A stretch of DNA of 64,000 bases, counting the filler, from Hyphochytrium catenoides (lineage: Eukaryota > Protista > Hyphochytriomycota): assembly GCA_900088475.1 (NCBI GenBank). It is 14 parts of 14 records of this genome, joined end to end, with 100 filler letters (N's around TTAATTAATTAA, not from the genome) between each part and the next. Parts side by side here need not be neighbours in the genome. Positions count along the whole stretch, not along the records: positions 9,295 to 21,125 come from FLMG01002347.1; 13 more parts are not named here. One strand, 5' to 3'. The notes under the pieces were generated by a model, which saw only the letters and a list, made by a program, of their open reading frames with translations, was not told the DNA's origin and did not search any database. Position 1 is the first letter of the stretch; each line of letters begins with the position of its first letter. Made by a program: the position numbers and the translations under genes. Below, one piece after another: positions 10,319 through 19,757 of this stretch.

Positions 10319-13300
10319 TCACAAAGCGAGTCCAGCGCTAGAAGTAGCCTTGCCTTTTCTCCATGACCATAAACTGGATTGAACAATAGTCACAAAGATG
10401 CACTCCGGGTGAGCAAAGCAGTTAACAGATATACCATCCAAGCGATCCTGGAGCTGCACACGGCGGCACCGGTCAGTGGTCAACCAGTCACAGAATTCTT
10501 CGAATATCTTAAAGCGCGATAGCTGGAGTTTGTCGTGTGACACAGCAATTTCCTCTAGTTGGGACCGTCGTTTGCTTAGCTCCTTGGCAATCAGATCGTG
10601 GCTAGAAATAATAACTGCGGTACTCAGTTTTCCGTCCCTTCCCGCTCTACCGCTCTCCTGAGCGTAGTCTAACAGCGAGTCTGAGTAGCCGAGGTGAATT
10701 ACTATCCTCACTCCCGCTATGTCGACACCCATACCCAAGGCTTTCGTTCCAGCCAGAAATTGTAGTTCGCCTTCCATCCAGCGCTTCAACTGCTTTGATT
10801 TGGTCTGCCGCTGCAGTTCTCTTTCTTCTGCAGAACTCGCTCGTGGAGAAGAATCCTCCCCGCCAGCAGGTGCAGATGAGTATGCCCGATTCTCCTCCAC
10901 AAACTTGACTTCCTCTGGGGTGATTGACGCATGATAAACAGATATTTTGATCCCCTTTGATGCACCCATTCGCCCCACTTGCTGGCAGACGGCCTTAGTA
11001 GGACAAAAGATAATGCCCCTCTCGCATCTGTTGAGCTTTCTGGACTCGGCAAGGACTCTATCAACAACTGGAGCTACAAGTAGATCCAATGGCTTTGGTG
11101 CGGGAGGTGCACCGGTCCAACCTAGATTATTATCCTCCCATATAACTTGATAAGACAGTTCTTTCCTTGAAGTCTGCCCACGGAAGACAGTGAGAGGGCT
11201 ACCAAGCCCTTGCGCAATCTCTGACTCCATACAAGCGGGCAATGTCGCTGTCAAGAGTAGGAAGGGAACCTGTACTTGCCTTAGGAGCATCAATTCACTT
11301 AAGCAAGGTCGAAAGTCAGCCCACATCCAAAGCAAATGAGCTTCTTCCAGAACAATTCTAGCCAGGTGGCCTCCTATTGCCAAGGTTTGGCAGTATCGAG
11401 CGAAGTGAGCTGAAGCAGCAACCTCCGCTGATACAAAGAGGAGGCCCACCTTTTCGTAGATGCCATCTCTCGTCCCCGGCGGAATGGTGGCGTAGTCTTT
11501 CGCAGTCAGACCCATAGCTGTCGCACGTCTTAGAAGGTCCTGCATGAGGGCGACAAGAGGTACTACGATTATGGTAAGCAGATTCCTTTCTTTGTGCTCC
11601 ACATGTACAGGCACAAAGTAGGTCATGGTCTTCCCTCCTCCTGTTGGTAGCACCGCAAGGATGTCAGCTTGACGTTTTAGGGCTGCAACACAAACCAAAC
11701 ATTGCTCTTGAGAGACGAATGAGGCATCTGGAGTTCCAAGTAGGTCTTGTAAAGCCATCAATGCCTCCGTCGTAAGCTTTTCCGAAAGAGGATCCGTAAG
11801 AATGGAGCTGTGTACAACTCCCTTACTTACACCGGACAACATGCGGTAAGCCTGGTTGCTGTCAAATCTAGCTTCCATCTGCGTAAGATATGCTCGCACG
11901 TCCGCTACAACGCTATCCAAGTAGGAAGTCGAGGGAGGGCTACCGCCACGGACGTCCGACTTATGCAAGGTGTGTATACTAGAAAGTCTGTTCCGTTGTC
12001 CCAAAGCCTGCGAATGATGAAGTACAGTGGATGGCCTTTGTGAAGTGTTTTCAAGATAAGCTTCCAACTTCTCAAATTGTAAAAAATTCCACCAAAGGGA
12101 AGAACAGAGGTGAAACCGAGCTAGGTCTTCTGAAGTAAGAGCGCGCAGGTCCATGGCGCTACGACCATATTTAATTGCCTCAGTCAGCTTTGTGTGACCG
12201 GCTTGCTCTGCGAACGGGAGAGACGGAAGGTTTGCAACCTTTGGATAGATATGGGCCTTCAGTAAAGCTACCGTGAGATGCCGATAGTCTGCTAGGGTTA
12301 GCCTTGTTTTGGTAGCTCTTCGAAACTCCCTCTGGAACACATATCTTACCTGTTGAGCAGGCATCACATGGGCACCACTTACAAACAAATACGTTAGGTA
12401 CAGGTTGGCGATACTCTTCTCTTTTTTTGGGTTGAGCTTCATGGCAAAGAGGACTTCCACAGGACGAATGATAGCCAGGTATGTCACCAGCATCATGGTG
12501 AGCTTCACAGGAAGAAATCTGGCTATGCATACGTCTCTGTGTACAAGACGAGTCACCTTATTATGCTCAACCAAGAGCATCATCCGATTACCCTGCAAGT
12601 AGTATAGTCCGCGATGTCCACCTGATAGATTTTCAGCTATACGTAAGGTCACGAGCTCGGTTCCTCTTGCCGGTTGACCACTAAGTAAATGTATCAGCAC
12701 CAGGAGTACGTCACGGAATCGGTCACAGCTCCCCATATATCCCTTCATCCAGGACCTGTTCCACATTCTCGTAGAAGTATCAGAGATAAACTGAACCTTA
12801 AATCGCTCATGGTTCATAAGAGCCATCCGAACGCTAGCCTTGGAAGGATCCGTAAGGAAAGAATATCCCCGCTGACGACACGTAAGGTCATCCCTCCAAG
12901 GTTGTTGCAAGAGCCGAGATGAATCAAGCTCTGAGACAGGAATCCCTAGCAGCAGCCTCTTCTCAAGTAAGTCCTTTGCTACTTTGAAGAGATAAGTTAC
13001 AGCAGCCCGTAACTTTTCAACTGAGATCTCCTTGCCATTGACACACAGCGTCATCAGCAAGTTATCTCCAGCCCATATAACTTGGGGGATCTTTTCTCTG
13101 CGCTTGGTGATGGCTGACGCTAGAAGCATGACATTCCGGATGGCCTGAAATGGTGTGTTTCTTCCATCCTTTATCCACTTAAGCAGGCCATAATACGCAG
13201 CGATAGATTGGGCGATGGTATCATCTTCCTCTGCCTCTGTCGTTCCGTCAGCCTGTGGCATCGCTACCACGGGAACGCCAACATTTAGGAGATCTTCTGC

Positions 13301-15805
13301 CCGTTGGGGTTCTGAACTGAAGTTCGGCCAATTAAGTTCAAGGACTACCGCGCTTCGAATAGCATACTGTAATGCTGCACATTTTGCAGTTATATCTGCT
13401 ACCTTGCCGTACTTGAGAGTTGAGTCTAGGTTGGAGTACATAATATAATTGATTACCGGAAACTGTTCCTCACGCCGCGGAGAACAAAGTGGCAGCTCTA
13501 CGAAGAATAGAGCAGTGAGCGTCTTGTGCAAAGCAAGAGACAGTTTTTTCTTCTCACTGGGACCTAGACTTGGCCAGCAACCGTCACTCCCGGCTGGTGT
13601 CATGTCAACGTTTCTCAACAGTTGAAGGAGGCTATGACACTCTTGGTTCAATTGATCTGAGAGCTGCACGTCCGAGAGTTCAGCCAGTTCTTGGTCTTCA
13701 TAGCAGCGCATGACGAAAGTGGTGAAACATGCAAGGGATAGGGCATAGCGACGCAGAGCGCCTCCTTGCACGGCTGTGAAGACAGATGGGTTGTGCCCCT
13801 CCGAACTTGGGTTTGCGATATGCTGTCGTGCTAGTAATGCGAGTGACGGGATGGCACTCTTGGCAGTGAAGAGGTATTCTTCACAGAGTACAACCAGGAG
13901 GGACAGCGGATCTGGCACTAGAGAGGGCCGGCAAGCTTCAGATATTCGACCAAAACCATTCCTGTCTATCTTTTCAAGCCATCCCAAAGTAGCTAGTAAG
14001 TTAGACATCAATCTTGTATCCTGTACTTCCTCAACCCTCAGTATGTCGCTATCCATATGCTCCAAGGTGTCTAACCACAGGCTAGCGATGGGACTGACGT
14101 CCCCTGTGTGAGGCCGTAGTAGAGAGTCCGCTGCCTCGCTCCCGTCTTCATCTATCGACCAAGGTATATGATGGGGCTCACATCGACATATGACTGGGAA
14201 GTATTTAGCATAGGGTCCTGACAACCCTAAGCGCTGCACCTTACTTTCCATGAAGGCAAACGGGAGTCCTATTGTCTGGCCGGCCTGATCCTGAAGGTTA
14301 CCAGAAGAAGTAAAGGGCTTTCCATGGCGGTGTCGTTGGTACTTGTGTTGTTTCAAGGAACTTTGCTCTCGACAGCAAAACGCCACATCCGACACACAAG
14401 CTGTACAGGAGTATCCGCTGAACACTGGCAAGCCTGTAAAGCACGGCACTGCTGCCTGCGGGGTGGAGGATTGGCTTGGGTCGGTACCTGATCGGACTCG
14501 AGTGAAAGCAGCCTCAATTGCTTCATTAGTCTCAGTCTTCTGTGGTAGTACATATAAGAGCTCCATTTCAGGCTGCCGCAAGAGGCTTTCCCGGACATCG
14601 TGATGACTGGTAAGATGTTGAGCCAGTTTATGCTGGTCGAAGAAAGCAATCCCACAATTCGTACAGCAAACGGCTCGTAAGGAGGGATTCCATATGAGTG
14701 TTAATCCCTGTATGACAAAAGTTCCAACGTGGGTTGTTGGCTGAGGTCTTTCTGCCCTTGATTCAATACGTGGCTCTTCAGCTTCTGTATCCATTTGCTG
14801 AGTGGAAGCCTGTTGTTCTTGCCCCTCCTTACTTTCGCAATCCTCTCTCCGGCATCGGCCATTCGGAGAGGGTACCGATCCTCCTGCACTGATAGCTGTG
14901 GGGCACATTGGCGATGAAGAATGTCGGAGTTGATCACACCGTCCTTGCTGAGCATGTCGCTGAAGACTGGCTGCGGACTGATAAGCCGAGGGACAGTGCA
15001 AGCAGTTGAACAGCAGAGATTGAGGATTCCGTCTCACTACAAGTGGGGACGACTGAGGATAGTTCACCGTTGTGCTCATTTGATGATTGTTTCTCACATG
15101 AGTCTTTCTCTCGCTATTGGAGGAGAATGACTCTCCGCAATGATCACACGTGATTTTTTCTCTAAAAGTCCTAGTGTCGTGAATGTTTTCATCTTGGTCT
15201 TCGGGATCTTTCTGCGAGGATGAAGAGAGATCCGATCGAGCATCAGCCCTACTGGCGCCATTGGGACCGTACTGGGATGTCCCTGAACGAGACACGGAAG
15301 GAGTGATAGCAGAAAGGGCAGGACAAGAAGGTGAACTGGCGGTAGAAGTACCGTGCGTTTGGGACTCTATGCTCTCTTCTTCTCGTCCTAAGTCCACTCC
15401 GACTCCGTGGCCACCTTCTTCTGCGTCGGGCTCAGCATTCATAAGAGGCTTTGCGCATTTTTTAGCATGGCGCTGTAGGCCTGAAGGAGTCTCATAAGAG
15501 CTGGTGCCACACCCTAAGCATGGAAAGCGTCCTGTATTAGCGTCCCTTATGACCCTTACTTCCTCGTCAGCACCCGAAAATCTAACAATCGCGGAGGGCT
15601 GATGACTGTTCCGGATATGGGTTTTCCTGGCGCTGTAAGTTGGAAACTGGGCCAAACATGAGTCACATTTATAGTATGCCGCTGTAGAAACACCAGTCGC
15701 AGCAGTTATTGTGCCAGTGGGGGCTGTCCCAGAAATAGATCCAACGGTAGCAAAGTCTGCAGCGGGTTGAGTATGCTGTAACTCTACTCTGTACTCCTCC
15801 GTCAT
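10319..15805 (-). CDS. Large intronless protein: C2H2 fingers + DUF3505/OrsD-like domain + tyrosine-recombinase-like domain + RecQ-family helicase (Tlh-like); ~1,828 aa from ATG 15805 (frame open from 16054)
   Basis: Two pairs of C2H2/C2HC fingers; WNPSLRAVCCTNC...GLPVFSGYSCTAC...HKYQRH; GQPARGTEL...HNK...YLAIIRP...YLF...DYRH...QAGH...KYG; RecQ motifs LPTGGGKT, VVPLVALMQD, VLEEAH..WADFRP, LTATLP, GIIFC, YHA, TKALGMGVD, YAQESGRAGRDG, CRR. Confidence 0.92.
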   Translation of the reverse strand: MTEEYRVELQHTQPAADFATVGSISGTAPTGTITAATGVSTAAYYKCDSCLAQFPTYSARKTHIRNSHQPSAIVRFSGADEEVRVIRDANTGRFPCLGCGTSSYETPSGLQRHAKKCAKPLMNAEPDAEEGGHGVGVDLGREEESIESQTHGTSTASSPSCPALSAITPSVSRSGTSQYGPNGASRADARSDLSSSSQKDPEDQDENIHDTRTFREKITCDHCGESFSSNSERKTHVRNNHQMSTTVNYPQSSPLVVRRNPQSLLFNCLHCPSAYQSAASLQRHAQQGRCDQLRHSSSPMCPTAISAGGSVPSPNGRCRREDCESKEGQEQQASTQQMDTEAEEPRIESRAERPQPTTHVGTFVIQGLTLIWNPSLRAVCCTNCGIAFFDQHKLAQHLTSHHDVRESLLRQPEMELLYVLPQKTETNEAIEAAFTRVRSGTDPSQSSTPQAAVPCFTGLPVFSGYSCTACVSDVAFCCREQSSLKQHKYQRHRHGKPFTSSGNLQDQAGQTIGLPFAFMESKVQRLGLSGPYAKYFPVICRCEPHHIPWSIDEDGSEAADSLLRPHTGDVSPIASLWLDTLEHMDSDILRVEEVQDTRLMSNLLATLGWLEKIDRNGFGRISEACRPSLVPDPLSLLVVLCEEYLFTAKSAIPSLALLARQHIANPSSEGHNPSVFTAVQGGALRRYALSLACFTTFVMRCYEDQELAELSDVQLSDQLNQECHSLLQLLRNVDMTPAGSDGCWPSLGPSEKKKLSLALHKTLTALFFVELPLCSPRREEQFPVINYIMYSNLDSTLKYGKVADITAKCAALQYAIRSAVVLELNWPNFSSEPQRAEDLLNVGVPVVAMPQADGTTEAEEDDTIAQSIAAYYGLLKWIKDGRNTPFQAIRNVMLLASAITKRREKIPQVIWAGDNLLMTLCVNGKEISVEKLRAAVTYLFKVAKDLLEKRLLLGIPVSELDSSRLLQQPWRDDLTCRQRGYSFLTDPSKASVRMALMNHERFKVQFISDTSTRMWNRSWMKGYMGSCDRFRDVLLVLIHLLSGQPARGTELVTLRIAENLSGGHRGLYYLQGNRMMLLVEHNKVTRLVHRDVCIARFLPVKLTMMLVTYLAIIRPVEVLFAMKLNPKKEKSIANLYLTYLFVSGAHVMPAQQVRYVFQREFRRATKTRLTLADYRHLTVALLKAHIYPKVANLPSLPFAEQAGHTKLTEAIKYGRSAMDLRALTSEDLARFHLCSSLWWNFLQFEKLEAYLENTSQRPSTVLHHSQALGQRNRLSSIHTLHKSDVRGGSPPSTSYLDSVVADVRAYLTQMEARFDSNQAYRMLSGVSKGVVHSSILTDPLSEKLTTEALMALQDLLGTPDASFVSQEQCLVCVAALKRQADILAVLPTGGGKTMTYFVPVHVEHKERNLLTIIVVPLVALMQDLLRRATAMGLTAKDYATIPPGTRDGIYEKVGLLFVSAEVAASAHFARYCQTLAIGGHLARIVLEEAHLLWMWADFRPCLSELMLLRQVQVPFLLLTATLPACMESEIAQGLGSPLTVFRGQTSRKELSYQVIWEDNNLGWTGAPPAPKPLDLLVAPVVDRVLAESRKLNRCERGIIFCPTKAVCQQVGRMGASKGIKISVYHASITPEEVKFVEENRAYSSAPAGGEDSSPRASSAEERELQRQTKSKQLKRWMEGELQFLAGTKALGMGVDIAGVRIVIHLGYSDSLLDYAQESGRAGRDGKLSTAVIISSHDLIAKELSKRRSQLEEIAVSHDKLQLSRFKIFEEFCDWLTTDRCRRVQLQDRLDGISVNCFAHPECIFVTIVQSSLWSWRKGKATSSAGLAL

Positions 15806-16285
15806 CCTTTCCAGCGAATTTGGGAGAGTGTGATGATGCCTGGAGACTCCGAAAGCAAAACAGCTGAATAGAGGAGGAGGATGATTGGGAACGCAAATGG
15901 AAGAGGAAGAACCTTCAGTGCAAAACTTATAGGTAGGAAAAATGAACAGCTGAGACAAAGAGAGTTGACTGACAGAGACACCAAGCACCGAATGGAGGAT
16001 GAAGAAACAAACGTAGTAGAGGAATGTCCCGCAGTAAAAAGCAGACTTACACACGGTGGTAGAGGCCCGGCCGGGTTCGCCGTTAGTGGTTCAGACACTG
16101 TGAAGAAAGTGTGCCGCGAACCTGCAGCAGAGGAAGAAAAGGGTAGCGCAGGAGAACTGCAGTAGAACGCAGAAAAGCCGACGCATTATGCTTTGAAGAA
16201 CCCTTGTGGTACGTGTACAAGTGGTGGGCTCTACTTGACACGAAGGCTGTTCCCCCCACCACCCGTAGTTTCCTTGGCTAATACG

Positions 16286-16407
16286 GGCAACTTCGGCTGG
16301 TGCGGCTTCCCCTGCTGCTGAGGCACGTCAGGTTCTGCTGCTGAGGCAACTTCTGCTGCTGCGGCTTCCCCTGCTGCTGAGGCACATCATGTTCTGCTGT
16401 TGAGGCA
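16286..16407. repeat. Two tandem ~59-bp units in the divergent intergenic region
   Basis: ggcaacttc(g/t)gctg(g/c)tgcggcttcccctgctgctgaggcac... starts at 16286 and again at 16345. Confidence 0.85.
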
Positions 16408-16790
16408 TTTGTAAGACCCTGTTGTCAAGCAGTCACTAATGACCGATTACTACTTGTAGAACTACAATATTGTTTTCAGAAACATCTCAAGTGCATGTAA
16501 GTTCTAGGAAGACAGATAAACAAGTCCTGAAAATTAAGTAAGTACAAGTCAAGATTGAGATAGAACTAGACAAGTCCTTCATCCTCACTCCTCCCGGTAC
16601 TTTCGCTGGATAAAATTCAGGTACAAGTACTCGCGGCACCCAACATCTGCTGTGACAATTCTGCTGGTGGTGCGGCCTGTCCTGCTGCTGCTGCGGCCAG
16701 CACGTTCCGCTGCTGAGGCAGTTGTTGCAGGAGAGCCAAACAAGAGGCAGGAGGTGGCGCGGGAGGAGAGAGAAGGTGCTGTAGTAGAGT

Positions 16791-18170
16791 ATGAGCACTG
16801 CTTCTGAACCCTACCTAAGCAAGACACCGAAAGAAGACAAAGCAGGAGCCAGTGCTGAACAGCTGAAGCGCAACCCTAGGATGACTCAGCAGCAGCAGCA
16901 GAGGAAGAAAAAGCGGCACCGCAAGCTGTGTGATGTGGAGGGTTGCACAAGAACAAGAAGATCAAAAGGAAGCAAATGCCAGCGGCATGCCAGGCAAGCT
17001 GGTATTGCATGCGTACAGTGTGAGGTTCCAGATTGCAACAAAAACGCCCGATCTAGAACGAAAAAGTGTGCGAAGCACGCAAGACTTCTGGATCGCGATT
17101 ATAGGCCACCAACTTGCAGACTTTCAGGATGCGGACGGTATCCTAGGAAGTTAGGGCGCTGTACGTTCCATCTTCGGCATCAAGATGATGATGAACAACA
17201 GCAGCATCCAGCGACTCAGGAACAAAGTCACTGTGAGCAGGAGCAACCACCGCGGCCTGCGGAGCCTCGATACGAGCATCCACCTCCAGAGCGGCGAGAA
17301 GAAAGGCCAAATCTTTTCGAGCAGGGTGAAGAAGAGCCTAGGTATCCCTCAGAGGCTCCGGCCGTGGTGGTGGGAGACGAAACCCACCAGTCTCTTCACG
17401 AGGAGCAGCGCTATCTTACTGCAAGAGATACCAAACATGATGTGGGCTGTAATACGAAGCTGACTGACAAAGAGCTGATCTCTGGCGGTGAGAGTATCCG
17501 GCCGCTAACAACTGAAGAGAGGGAATGGGTCAAGCATGCTATCTTCGACAAATCTTGGAGAAGGAACTACGAGGGCCGCACGCTGATAGCGGCAGGCTAT
17601 GCTGACTTGGATGGACTGAGCGTGTTCGTAAGATCCGAGGACCTAAAGGAGGTGAGCCGGGGGGATATTATCTCCGCAGAGGTGATCGACATGTGGATGC
17701 TCATGTTAGCTCAACGTTATCAGGACTGTAAATTTTACCGCGTACACAGGGCCCACGAGCTTCCATCTGAACTCCCTACATACATCCTAGGTCAGCGTCT
17801 CTTCATCCCCGTAGTCCTACAGTATACCAAGCCCCATCCCCACTTTGTACTGTACTACTTGGAGGATGAACAGCTATTTTTCCTCAACAGTAGTAGTAGC
17901 CTGGATAGCGAGGTTATCAAATGTGGAAGGGAGCTGTCTAGGAGGATTAAAAGAAGTGTGAGCCAAGGGGCAACAAGAGAACTGAAACCAATCAAGATGA
18001 AATGTTCGCCCCAAAGCAACAGCTATGATTGTGGTGTGCTAATCTGCCTCTTTGCCTATTACATAGCTAGCCGTATTGCCCCACCAGTGTTCTCACAACG
18101 ACACAGAGGAGATGAACACCTCATCAGAGATTGGTACTTGTATAAGATACTAAACTTCATGAATGTGTGA
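16791..18170 (+). CDS. Ulp1/SENP-like (peptidase C48) cysteine protease with three N-terminal Cys/His repeats
   Basis: CDVEGC..CQRH, CEVPDC..CAKH and CRLSGC..CTFH repeats plus a basic NLS-like RKKKRHRK. Protease: ISAEVIDMWM, LFIPV, PHF (His), FLNS (Asn at the Asp position), PQSNSYDCGVLIC (Gln/Cys). Confidence 0.88.
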   Translation: MSTASEPYLSKTPKEDKAGASAEQLKRNPRMTQQQQQRKKKRHRKLCDVEGCTRTRRSKGSKCQRHARQAGIACVQCEVPDCNKNARSRTKKCAKHARLLDRDYRPPTCRLSGCGRYPRKLGRCTFHLRHQDDDEQQQHPATQEQSHCEQEQPPRPAEPRYEHPPPERREERPNLFEQGEEEPRYPSEAPAVVVGDETHQSLHEEQRYLTARDTKHDVGCNTKLTDKELISGGESIRPLTTEEREWVKHAIFDKSWRRNYEGRTLIAAGYADLDGLSVFVRSEDLKEVSRGDIISAEVIDMWMLMLAQRYQDCKFYRVHRAHELPSELPTYILGQRLFIPVVLQYTKPHPHFVLYYLEDEQLFFLNSSSSLDSEVIKCGRELSRRIKRSVSQGATRELKPIKMKCSPQSNSYDCGVLICLFAYYIASRIAPPVFSQRHRGDEHLIRDWYLYKILNFMNV

Positions 18171-18595
18171 CTTTGTCAGTAGGACCCTCCACGAAGCTTG
18201 GTATCTTCAAAGGCTCATCATATTTCTTTGCACATCTTCCTTTCCTGCTACGACAATGGTTTGCGTCTGTTTCTCTTCCTATCATCCATATTCCATGTCG
18301 CAATATTCCTTTCTTGTTGGCGCTTCAGATTGCAAGGCACTAAACTGTATTTTTCTTAACAGCAAATTCTAGTTGCCTCTCTCGCTCTTTCTCCCTTCTC
18401 TCTCACAACCTCGTTCTTCATTTTTTTCCATTCGACATTCGACGATACCAACTAGTACTACTACTATCAGAAAGAGCAAGAGGAAGAAGGAGGAGAAGAA
18501 AGAAGAAGAAGAAGAAGGGAAAGAGGAAGAGCAAGTCTTAGTCTCTTAAACTCCTCACCCTATGCAACAGGAATAGGAGAAGGAGGAAGGGAAGG

Positions 18596-18768
18596 TAAAA
18601 ACACCAAGGGTTGGGGCCAGGATGAGGGCAGGCCATCATAACTCTCGACAAGCTAAAAACACCAAGGGTTGGGGCCAGGATGAGGGCAGGCCATCATAAC
18701 TCTCGACAAGCTAAAAACACCAACGGTTGGGGTTAGGATTAGGCAGGCCATCATAACTCCCGACAAGC
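18596..18768. repeat. Three tandem 58-bp units
   Basis: taaaaacaccaagggttggggccaggatgagggcaggccatcataactctcgacaagc at 18596 and 18654, with a diverged copy at 18712. Confidence 0.95.
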
Positions 18769-19757
18769 CAAGTAAGGGGGGAGTTCCAAACAACTACTGA
18801 AGAGGAATACGCTTCAGGACCCTAAGAGCATTTCTTCATGCATGTCCAACAAAACTCTGTAAAGAAGGCTTAGAACCATTGCCAGACGAGACCAATGACC
18901 ATGAACCAAGCCGAGAAGCATCAAGTGTAGAGCCATCGCATCGATGATTTACAAGCCGCTTCCACACAGTCAAGGACACGGGGCATAGCAACCCCCCCCC
19001 CCAAAAGACTCCATAATCTGCTGGTCGTTAGGGACACACGGTAAAATGACTGCATCCGGGCTTGTTGATGGTTCTATCTTTATCTGTAATAAAAAGTTGG
19101 GAGACATGAGCGTGGAGGTAAGTTTGCAGATTTCTTTATACGAAGCGAAAGAGAGCAGAGCAGGAACACAGAGGAACTTCCGTAAATAGAGGAAGAAGTA
19201 GGAGAACCATGTCAAAAAGAGGGAAACAGCTGAGATCTGCAGAGGAGTACGGAGATAGAGAGAGAGAAACCTTCGAGGCAAAATGATCGTTTCGGAAGGC
19301 TTTCTCCTAGGCCGGAGTCTCCGACTAGCGCAGTCTCTCCGTAATGCTCTTTTCTTTCTCCATCTTGTCTCAATCTCCACCAACCTTCTTTATTGTTATT
19401 CGTAAACTCTTTCGTGCCTCCCCTCTCGGTGAGAAATAAACGTGTGCTCCGGTCGGAGGAGTTGCATTGCTGGGAGGGTTGGAAAAGCGGTACTCTGGGG
19501 CAAACTGATGATGAGGGTAGTGTGCACGCTGTAGTTCTAGTGCTGATAGGAAGTGGGAAGAAACAAGTGAGCGAGAGAGAGCAAAGAGAGAGCAGAGGGA
19601 AAGAGACAGACAGACAGAGCGAGAAAGCACGAGAGAGGAAGAGAGAGATGGCCTTCAAGAAGAGAGAAAGCGGAAGAGAGACAGCAGCCACCACCAGTAC
19701 AATGTACGAGGTGCGTGGATTTTGATAGAGCCTGTTTTTTGACCCTGCGAGCTGACT

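Larger units (their letters stand above)
9295..18170. mobile_element. Putative tyrosine-recombinase/RecQ + Ulp1 DNA mobile element (boundaries undefined)
   Basis: Two intronless divergent genes in an intron-rich genome, YR catalytic motif set, protease of a type carried by DNA transposons, and a paralogous tail elsewhere. No termini or target-site duplication could be seen. Confidence 0.55.

Noticed and set aside
15806-16054. First 83 aa of the 1911-aa ORF as a signal or membrane segment
   Set aside because: It begins at GTG and is low-complexity; a eukaryotic start at ATG 15805 is more plausible.
10319-16054. Ordinary host RecQ (BLM/WRN/Sgs1) or a Helitron RepHel
   Set aside because: No HRDC or exonuclease domain, no introns, and extra zinc and YR-like domains; Helitrons use HUH Rep plus PIF1, not RecQ.
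18441-18455. Minus-strand tggtatc as a tRNA-Met primer-binding site
   Set aside because: Only 7 nt match TGGTATCAGAGC and it is not preceded by an LTR-ending CA.
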